DNA from: an uncultured Chloroflexia bacterium
GTDB lineage: Bacteria; Chloroflexota; Limnocylindria; Limnocylindrales; CSP1-4
NCBI GenBank assembly: GCA_963716815.1
Contig: CAVQUM010000012.1
Span: 145,030-209,029 of the forward strand
Length of the DNA: 64,000 nucleotides
Direction: 5' to 3'
In this document: positions 52,467-59,982 of the stretch, in pieces
Numbering within the stretch: position 1 is the stretch's first letter
How the letters are laid out: each line of letters opens with the position of its first letter
Position numbers and translations under genes: made by a program
Notes under the pieces: generated by a model
Database searches by the model: none
What the model saw: the letters and a program-made list of their open reading frames with translations, nothing else
Told to the model about the DNA's origin: nothing

Positions 52467-53225
52467 ATGTCTACCAAGTCCACCCCCAAGAAGCCTGCCG
52501 CGAAGCCCAAGGCCGCGCAAGACTGCGACCAAGCCCGCCGCGAGCAAGGCGCGCCCAAGCCCGCCGCGAAGACGCCGGTCAAGGCTCCCGGGCCGAAGGC
52601 TGTCCCCGCTGCGACCAAGTCCGCCGCGAAGCCGAAGGCCGCTTCGCCCAAGGCGAGGAAGCCCGCCGGGCCTGATCCGCTCACGGTCGTGCACCCGCTC
52701 ATCAAGGTCCGTCAGGCGCGCGAGTTCAGCGGGCGCAAGGTGACCAACGCCGAGCTGTACGCGATCACCGAGGTCGCCCGCTGGTCGGGCAGCAGCCGCA
52801 ACGAGCAGCCCTGTCGCTTCATCGCTATCCGCGACCGTGACCTCATCCGCCAGGTGGCCGAGCTCGGCCTGCCCCAGACGCGGGGCCTGCCGACGGCCAC
52901 AGCCGCGGTCGCCATCATCGTGCCCGAGGAGCCCGAGCGCGAGCTCTCGCGCGCCTTCGACGACGGTCGGGCCGCCGAGCGCATGCTCGTGGCCGCGCAC
53001 CTGCTGGGCCTCGGCGGCGGTATCTCGCGCGTGCGCCCGGACGTGCGCAGCGGCATCAACAAGGTGCTGAAGCTGCCAGCCAACCGCTCGGTGCGCACGA
53101 TCGTCGGTTTCGGCCACCCGACCGAGGACGCGCTGCAACCCAAGACGCGCACCGGCCAGGCTCGCCTCCCACGCGAGGAGGTCATCTACCAGGACCGCTG
53201 GCCGGAGCCGCCCGCACAGGACTGA
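52467..53225 (+). CDS. Nitroreductase-family protein with K/A/P-rich (histone H1-like) N-terminal extension
   Basis: RQAREF, ARWSGSSRNEQP.RF, FD.GRAAERM..AA..LGLG and GFGHP; AGGAG RBS. Confidence 0.87.
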   Translation: MSTKSTPKKPAAKPKAAQDCDQARREQGAPKPAAKTPVKAPGPKAVPAATKSAAKPKAASPKARKPAGPDPLTVVHPLIKVRQAREFSGRKVTNAELYAITEVARWSGSSRNEQPCRFIAIRDRDLIRQVAELGLPQTRGLPTATAAVAIIVPEEPERELSRAFDDGRAAERMLVAAHLLGLGGGISRVRPDVRSGINKVLKLPANRSVRTIVGFGHPTEDALQPKTRTGQARLPREEVIYQDRWPEPPAQD

Positions 53226-53300
53226 CGCCGCCCAGGGCACCAGGCGCGACGTTCGTCGTCGGCAGCGATCCGTGCTCCTGTACGGCCTGAAGGCGCAGGC

Positions 53301-54128
53301 CTAGGCCCGCGTCGGCCCGACCGAGTCCACGCCCAACGACTCTATCGACGCGCCGACCACGCGCGCGACCGTCTCGGCCACCGCGGTGAAGGCCGGCAGC
53401 TTGTCTCCGCTGGCCTCGTCCATGTAGAGCCCGCGACGGACCTCGATCATGACCGAGCGCACGCGCGGATCGCGGCCGTAGTAGCCCGTGGGTACGAACG
53501 AGCCCGCGAATGGAACGTCGCGCGCGACCTGCAGCCCGACCTCGGCGAACCCCGCTGCCAGCGCGGCGGCCAGCTCCGGCGGCGTGTGAGTCTCGTCGCT
53601 GCCGATGCAGATGTCCGGTCGGTCGGGCGTCTGGTCGATCTCCGAGCGCAGCGGCGCCGTGGGGAAGGAATGGCAGTCGATGAGCGTGCAACCGCGGAAC
53701 TCGTCCAGCACCTCGCCCACGAGCGTATCGAGCGCTGCATGGTACGGCCGATACAGCTCCGCCACCCGCCGCTCGCGCAGCTCGATCGAGGCCTCGCGCA
53801 GCAGTTGCAGCTGTGAGCCCAGCCAGTAGACGACGCCCTGGCCGCGGGCAGCCGCGGCTTCGACCGAGTCATCGAGGAAGCGTTCGGGGTCGAAGACCAG
53901 GCGCGAAAGCCGGTTCACGAACATCGTCGCGCCCAGCGCCCGCAGACCGCCAAAGAGCTCGTCGGTATACCAGTCGGTCAGGTGCAGCAACTCATCGGCC
54001 AGTTCACGGTGGGAGATGAGCAGCTCGGCCCGCACCTCGTCGGGGACCACGGTCGACGCATGCGGCACATGGGCGACCAGCGGGCCACGCGGTCCGGGTG
54101 GCGCGCGCACTTCGACCACTGCCGGCAT
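53301..54128 (-). CDS. N-formylglutamate amidohydrolase family protein
   Basis: HVPHAS, TDWYTD, SRLVFDPERF, YRPYH, IDCHSFP, PFAG and SVMIEVRR.LY. Confidence 0.9.
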   Translation of the reverse strand: MPAVVEVRAPPGPRGPLVAHVPHASTVVPDEVRAELLISHRELADELLHLTDWYTDELFGGLRALGATMFVNRLSRLVFDPERFLDDSVEAAAARGQGVVYWLGSQLQLLREASIELRERRVAELYRPYHAALDTLVGEVLDEFRGCTLIDCHSFPTAPLRSEIDQTPDRPDICIGSDETHTPPELAAALAAGFAEVGLQVARDVPFAGSFVPTGYYGRDPRVRSVMIEVRRGLYMDEASGDKLPAFTAVAETVARVVGASIESLGVDSVGPTRA

Positions 54129-54130
54129 CG

Positions 54131-55018
54131 CTACGTTGCGGACTTCGCCGGGTACTTCTTGCGCAATGCGATGATGGCCTTCTCCACCAGTTCGATGGCG
54201 TTGTCGATGTTGTGCGAGAGGGCGACCATGTCTTCCACGCTGCCCACGAGGGTCTTCACCGGGTGCATGACCTCGTTGCGCAACTCCCCCAGTGGCCTGA
54301 TCATCGAGTTCCACTTGGGCACGTCGTAGCTGCCCAGCTCCGCCCGCAGCGCGCGATCCTTCTCGAAGACGCGCAGCAAGTGCTTGAAGTTGAGGTAGGA
54401 GACGACGTCGTCATGGCCGGAACCGGCGCGATCGCGTGACATGCGCTCGTTGAGCTCCTCGGTGTCGCGACTGCCGAGATGGGCCACGAGGTTCGACTGG
54501 TTGGTCCCGTAGCGCCAGCGGATGAGGTCGGCGAGGGCGATCTCAAGGCCAGCCAGCACGAGGTAGTAGTAGGCCCGTGCCGGCTGCTTGTTGAAGTCCC
54601 AGATGGTGACGATGCCGGTGACCTCGCGGCCCTCGAGCACGAAGACGATGCGTTGCTCGGCGATCCAGCCCATGACGTCGGCGATGGGCGTGTCGCCGCT
54701 GATGATGGCGCCGCCTGCGAGCGAGTGGGTCACGGTTCGGATGGGCTGGTCGGCCTCGGCGCGTCCCAGTTGCGTGCGCTTGATGTAGCCCACCACGCGC
54801 CCTTTGGACGTTACGGGCGCGTTGTCCCAGCGATTGGCCTGCATCGCCTGGAGCACGTTGCCGGCCTTGGCGTAGAGGTCGAACGTCGGCGCCCGCTCCA
54901 TGTTCAGCTGGATGTGGCGCGCCCGCACGCCCTGGCCCAGGTCGAGGTGCGGGACGAGGTTCTCCCAGCTGCGCGAGCGCGTGGGCATGGGCCTGGGGCC
55001 CCTGCGCTCGATGCTCAT
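54131..55018 (-). CDS. CBS-domain pair fused to Swt1-like HEPN domain (putative ligand-gated RNase)
   Basis: CBS-like NAPV...GRVVGYI and FVLEGREVTGIVT..D; helical C-terminus with LEIAL, YLNF..L and the RxxxxH motif LRNEVMHP (54263-54280). Confidence 0.75.
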   Translation of the reverse strand: MSIERRGPRPMPTRSRSWENLVPHLDLGQGVRARHIQLNMERAPTFDLYAKAGNVLQAMQANRWDNAPVTSKGRVVGYIKRTQLGRAEADQPIRTVTHSLAGGAIISGDTPIADVMGWIAEQRIVFVLEGREVTGIVTIWDFNKQPARAYYYLVLAGLEIALADLIRWRYGTNQSNLVAHLGSRDTEELNERMSRDRAGSGHDDVVSYLNFKHLLRVFEKDRALRAELGSYDVPKWNSMIRPLGELRNEVMHPVKTLVGSVEDMVALSHNIDNAIELVEKAIIALRKKYPAKSAT

Positions 55019-55118
55019 GCGTCGTCGGCGTGGCGGGTCATGAGGAAGCAGCGTGAGCGGCAGATGAGGTCGTTGAGCCAGGCTCCGGGCATCGTGATCT
55101 CCTGTGCGTGGCCGGAAC

Positions 55119-55145
55119 TGTGCCACACAGGTGGCACATGCAGGG
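55119..55145. promoter_or_regulatory. Palindromic operator copy 1: TGTGCCAC-N4-GTGGCACA-T-GCAGGG
   Basis: Perfect 8-bp inverted repeat; near-identical to 58752-58779. Confidence 0.65.
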
Positions 55146-55148
55146 CAG

Positions 55149-55385
55149 ATGATCGAAACGCGCGAGAGAGACGAGGCGGTCTCTCTCGCCGCCACTATCG
55201 AGAGCACCCATGAGATCCGGCTCGACGAAGGTGCGGCAACCTGACCGGCGGCGTTCGCGCTGACCGCCGCGATCGCGTCGTTCGCCGTGCAGCTCGCCAT
55301 CGTGGGCGCCATCCTTGGCTACCTCACCGGTATCCCCTGGTCGGTCTGGTTCCGGGTCCGCCACAAGTGCTGGCCGGAGGTTTGA
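55149..55385 (+). pseudogene. Small membrane-protein ORF interrupted by in-frame TGA
   Basis: MIETRER...GAAT*PAAFALTAAIASFAVQLAIVGAILGYLTGIPW...; hydrophobic helix after the TGA at 55242. Confidence 0.35.
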
Positions 55386-55395
55386 AGGAGGGCAC

Positions 55396-55966
55396 ATGCG
55401 CTACCTGACCCGGGTGCTCCCCCTCGTCCTGGTGGCGTTGGTGGCAGCGCCCGCTGCGGCCGTGTCGGTCGAGGCACCCACGCCACCCGCCGACGCGGAA
55501 CTGGCGCTGGTCGTCTCGGTCACCGACGGCGATACCATCCGCGTCGACCGGGTCGGTGGCGGCTCGGAGCCGGTGCGCTACATCGGCATCGACACACCCG
55601 AGACGGTCCACCCGGACCAGCCGGAGGAACCGTGGGGAGCGGAGGCCTCGGCTGCCAACGAGGCGCTGGTGGCGGACCGACTGGTACTGCTCGAGCGCGA
55701 TGTGAGCGACACCGATCGTTACGACCGCCTGCTGCGCTACGTGTGGGTCGAGGAGCCCGACGGCTGGGTGATGGTGAACGGCGAGCTCGTGGCCCAGGGC
55801 CTCGCAGAGGTGCGGGCCTACGAGCCCGACACCCGCCACCACGATTGGTTCAGCCAGCTCGAGGACGAGGCCATCGGAGGCGGAGCGGGGCATGTGGGGC
55901 CCCATGCCACAGGCGGAGCCCGACAGCCTGCTGGAGGACATCCTGGACCTGTTCGGCTGGGGTTGA
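55396..55966 (+). CDS. Secreted thermonuclease (SNase-like; frameshift ~55875)
   Basis: Signal peptide; DGDTI, VRYIGIDTPE, DRY.RLLRYV and N.ELV..GLA. Confidence 0.9.
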
Positions 55967-56050
55967 AGGCCGCCCACGGTTGACCGAGGGCGGCTTCACC
56001 CGCACACTGACGGCCGACGCCGGGGGGCAGAGGAGTAGACACCGGCGCCC

Positions 56051-57699
56051 ATGGCCGACCGACCTGACACACACCGGGACCAGGAAGCTGCGCGCGCTGA
56101 GACCGCCGCGGACATCGAGCAGCTTCGCCGGCGGCTGGCTGCGGCGGAGCACTTTCCCGACGAGAACCCCAACCCCGTGCTGCGCATGGATGCTGAGGGC
56201 GTGCTGCTCTACGCCAACCCCGCGAGCAGCGAGTTGGTCCGGGACCTCGGGCTGCGCGTGGGGCAGCCGCTACCCGAGGATGTGCGCGAGCCGCTGCGCG
56301 AGGTGCTCGCGGCCACCGACGGCATGGCCGAGGTCGGGGTCGGGCGACGGACCTTCTGCCTCAAGCCGGTGGCCTCATCCGAGTTCGGCTTCGTCAACAT
56401 CTACGCTCTCGACGTCAGTGCCGCGCGTGCGGTCGAGCGCTTCCCGGACCGCAATCCCAGCCCGGTCATGCGCGTGTCCCTTGCCGGCGTGCTGCTCTAC
56501 GCGAATGCCGCGAGCGCGCCGATCGTGTCTGCCCTCGACTTGGCCACCGATCGGCCCCTGCCGGCACGACTGTGGGCGGACCTGCAGGCTGCTGAGTCAG
56601 CGGATGAGGCCGAGAAGGTGCAGGTCCAGGGTGACGGCCGCTGGTACGAGCTGAGCTGCGTGGTCATCCCTGAGATGGGCTTCGCCAACGTCTACGGCAC
56701 CGACGTGACCGCGCTGCGGGCGCTGCGGCGATTCCCCGCAGCAGAACCCCAACCCGGTGATCCGCGTCACCCACGAGGGCGCGCTGCTGTTCGCCAATCC
56801 CGCGAGCGGCGACATCGTCGACCATCTGGGACTGGTCGAGGGTGGGACGGTGCCGGCGGGCCTGATGGAGCCGATCCGGCAGGGCATCGACGCGGGGCAG
56901 TGCTGCTTCGAGCTCCAGACCCGTGAACGCCTCTACCGCATCACCGCCGTGGCCGAGTTCGAGTTCGGCTTCATCAACGTCTACGCCACCGATATCACCG
57001 CCGCGCGCCAGGTGGAGGCCGCCCACGCCGAGAACGAGAAGCTGCTGCTCAACATCCTGCCGGCGCCCATCGCGCAGCGGCTGCGCGCGGGCGAGAAGGT
57101 CATCGCCGACCGCCACGAGGACCTGTCGCTGCTCTTCGCCGACATCGTGGGCTTCACGCAGATGTCCGCGGACCTGCCGCCCGACCGGGTCGTCGACCTG
57201 CTCGACGATCTCTTCCGTCACCTCGATGACCTCGTCGACGAGTATGAGCTGGAGAAGATCAAGACCATCGGCGACGCCTACATGGTGGTCGGCGGCCTGC
57301 CGCCCCGGACCGAGGACCACCTCGCGCGCGTGGCCTCGATGGCGCTCGACCTCAACGAAACCCTCGAGCGTCGCGCGGACGCCGCATCCCATCCGCATGC
57401 GCATCGGGCTGCACGCCGGGCCGGCCGTGGCCGGGGTCATCGGCGCGCGCAAGTTCATCTACGACGTCTGGGGTGACACGGTCAACACCGCCAGCCGCCT
57501 CGAGGCCTTCGGCGTGCCCGAGCGCATCCAGGTGACCGACGTGGTCCAGCAACGCCTGGCCGACCGCTTCGTGTTCGAGCCGCGGGGCACGGTCGAGCTC
57601 AAGGGCATGGGGCCCACGCGCACCTGGTTCCTGCAACGACGCAAGGCACGGGTGGCGATGACCGTGTCCTCTCCCTCCGCGCGGCTGGCGGGAGCGTGA
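56051..57699 (+). CDS. Class III adenylate cyclase with three N-terminal PAS-like repeats (frameshifts ~56740, ~57390)
   Basis: Three FP..NP.PV.R....G.LL.AN.AS repeats; LFADIVGFT, EKIKTIGDAYM and YDVWGDTVNTASRLE (K and D indicate ATP specificity). Confidence 0.88.
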
Positions 57700-57711
57700 G
57701 CGGAGGTAGAC

Positions 57712-58513
57712 ATGGGCGATGAGCGTGTCGAGCGCATCGACGAGCTGGTGGAGCGCTTCTCGGCGGGGGACGCTGAGGCGGTCGCGCAGCTGGTGGCGCC
57801 GGAGTACTTCACCTACGCGCCGGGCCCCGACGAGCCCTCGGCCAGCGCGGTCTTCGCCCGCTTCGGCGCGGAGCTGCGGGCGGCAGCGCCCGACCTGCGC
57901 CTCGAGATCGTCGGCCTGCGCGACGCCGGTGACGGACTGCTCACGGGCGAGGCCATCGTGAGCGGCACCTGGACCGCCGAGCTCTGGGGCGCACCACCCG
58001 ACGGTCAGCGACACGACGTTCCGCATCCCGGTGCGCATCCGCGCCATCGGCGAGCGCTTCGCCTTCGAGCTCGGGCTGGAGACGCCCGAGGCCTTGGCCG
58101 TGCTGCGCTCGCTCGGCCTGGTCAACCCGCCCGACCAGATGCACCTGCCGCCGCCGCACGCGGTGGTCATCGACGACCTGCTGCTGAAGGTGCTCTTCAC
58201 CGGCCAGGTCGCCGACAAGCCCTGTGCGCATCTCGGCAACGTCGAGGTCGTGGGCACCGACGCGGTCACCTGTGACGACTGCGCTCCTGATGCCATCTGG
58301 CCGGCGCTGCGCATGTGCCTGACCTGCGGCCACGTCGGCTGCTGCGATACCTCCACGGAGAAGCACGCCAAGGCGCACTGGGAGGACACCGGCCATCCGC
58401 TGATGCGTTCGATCCGCATGGCCGAGGGCTGGATCTGGTGCTACGAGGACAACGCGCTGTTCGGGAAGCGCACGCTCGAGCGCATCGCCGACCGGCTCGG
58501 CGGGACCGTCTGA
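57712..58513 (+). CDS. SnoaL-like (ester cyclase) domain fused to UBP-type zinc finger (frameshift ~58020)
   Basis: SnoaL-like N-terminus (APDL..EI, GTWT..LWGAPP.G); C-terminus C.H, CDDC, LRMCLTCGHVGCCD and H...HW..TGHP. Confidence 0.72.
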
Positions 58514-58737
58514 TGTACATGGTCCAGCAGCGGGTCACGACCGCTGTGCGCGATGGCTACCGCAACGCCGATGCACGCGAGCTCGAGCAGGCGCTGGCCG
58601 GGGCCGGGGCGACGAGAGCGTGGCTGCGCGGGCTGCACCTGGACGACGACGTACGTGCGTCGCTCGACGAGCCCGTCGCGGCCGTGGAAGAGGCGCTCGC
58701 GGAGTGCCTGCGGAGGTGTCGCCGAAGCACGGCTTGA
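58513..58737 (+). CDS. Small hypothetical protein
   Basis: 74-aa ORF translationally coupled to the previous stop (TGATG). Confidence 0.4.
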   Translation: MYMVQQRVTTAVRDGYRNADARELEQALAGAGATRAWLRGLHLDDDVRASLDEPVAAVEEALAECLRRCRRSTA

Positions 58738-58751
58738 GCACCGCGGCGATC

Positions 58752-58779
58752 TGTGCCACACAAGGTGGCACAGGCAGGG
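58752..58779. promoter_or_regulatory. Palindromic operator copy 2: TGTGCCAC-N5-GTGGCACA-G-GCAGGG
   Basis: Lies just upstream of a candidate -10 CACGGT (58782) and ATG 58794. Confidence 0.65.
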
Positions 58780-58793
58780 TCCACGGTGTGGGC

Positions 58794-59786
58794 ATGACGA
58801 CTCGCTCCGCCGATCCCATCGGCACCCTCATCGACTCGGTCAAGCCACTCGTGACCATGGAGTGCGACGGCCTGGTGGTCATCGCGCTCGCCAGCGACCT
58901 GCCCTCGGGCGTGCCTGCCTACCTGACCTTCGATGAAGCCGCCGCCACGGACGCGGTCGACGTCCACGAGCTCGGCGCCGGCAGCGTCCCCACCGTCGAG
59001 GTCGAGACGGCAGACACACCGGTCGTCATCTTCGGTGGCGACACCATCGTCGGCGGCATGCAGAACCGCATCGTCAACGCCACCATCTGGCTCACGCCGC
59101 GGAAGAAGACGCAGATCCCGGTGACCTGCTTGGAGGCCGGCCGCTGGGACCGCTCCGGCGGTGTGCGCTTCGCATCGGGCCCCAAGGCGGACCTGCACAT
59201 GCGCCAGATGCTGAACACGCAAGTGCATGCCAGTGCCCGCGGGGCGGCCATGGACCACGATGCGCCGGCGCCCACGCGCTATGCGGCGGACCAGGGCGAG
59301 GTCTGGAACGAGGTCGAGCGCAGGCACCGGCGTGCCGCGAGCTCATCACGGACCGGCGCGCTCCACGACTTGTATGCACGAGAGGCATCGGACGTGGCGG
59401 CTCTCGAACGCGCCTTTCCGTACCCGGACGGAGCCACCGGCGCGGCCTTCGCCATCGGTGGCCGCCTCGTCGCCCTCGAGCTCTTCGACCGCCCCGAGAC
59501 CGCACGGGTGCTGTGGGCCCGGGTGATCGAAGGCGCCGTCCGGGCCCACCTCGACCACCGTCGCCTGGTCGTCGCCGGAACGACGAAGCCACCGCGCCAC
59601 CGCTACCCCGACCGCGATGCGTTGGTACGTATGCTGCGCCGTGTGAAGCGCGCTCAGGACGGAGCACTCAGGTCGCCTGCGGTGGGCGAGGGGAGTGACC
59701 TGCGCTTCGAGACCGAGCGCATCACCGGCTCGGCCCTGCTACGCGAGGACCAGGTCATCCACGCGGAGGTGCACCGTGTCGCTTGA
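58794..59786 (+). CDS. ARPP-1 (DUF6569)-like protein
   Basis: YLTFDEA, V.ELG.GSVP.V, GD.IVGGMQNR.VN, IPV.CLEAGRW, DQGEVW..V and G.AF.IGG.L..LELF. Confidence 0.75.
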   Translation: MTTRSADPIGTLIDSVKPLVTMECDGLVVIALASDLPSGVPAYLTFDEAAATDAVDVHELGAGSVPTVEVETADTPVVIFGGDTIVGGMQNRIVNATIWLTPRKKTQIPVTCLEAGRWDRSGGVRFASGPKADLHMRQMLNTQVHASARGAAMDHDAPAPTRYAADQGEVWNEVERRHRRAASSSRTGALHDLYAREASDVAALERAFPYPDGATGAAFAIGGRLVALELFDRPETARVLWARVIEGAVRAHLDHRRLVVAGTTKPPRHRYPDRDALVRMLRRVKRAQDGALRSPAVGEGSDLRFETERITGSALLREDQVIHAEVHRVA

Positions 59787-59973
59787 GATGGAGTTCACCG
59801 AGCCCTGCCACCGCTGCGGGACGCCCCTCGGGAACGATCCCGACGATGACCCGGACGGTGGCGTGGACGGTCTGCCCATGTGCGGGGAGTGTGTGCGCCA
59901 CCGTGACGAGGCAGCAGACTTCGAGGCCATGGACATGCAGGACGGCGAGCTCGACGGTGTCATCGAGTTCTAG
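59776..59973 (+). CDS. Acidic zinc-ribbon microprotein
   Basis: GGAGG RBS plus GTG; CHRC...CGEC with a D-rich linker; 65 aa. Confidence 0.6.
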   Translation: MSLEMEFTEPCHRCGTPLGNDPDDDPDGGVDGLPMCGECVRHRDEAADFEAMDMQDGELDGVIEF

Positions 59974-59982
59974 CCGGCCGGG

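Noticed and set aside
55242-55244. Selenocysteine TGA
   Set aside because: It is not in a redox motif, there is no recognisable SECIS immediately downstream, and no sel genes are in view.
56051-56800. Diversity-generating retroelement or recent DNA duplication in the cyclase repeats
   Set aside because: Similarity is mainly at the protein level (PAS repeats), with no adenine-specific variation and no reverse transcriptase.
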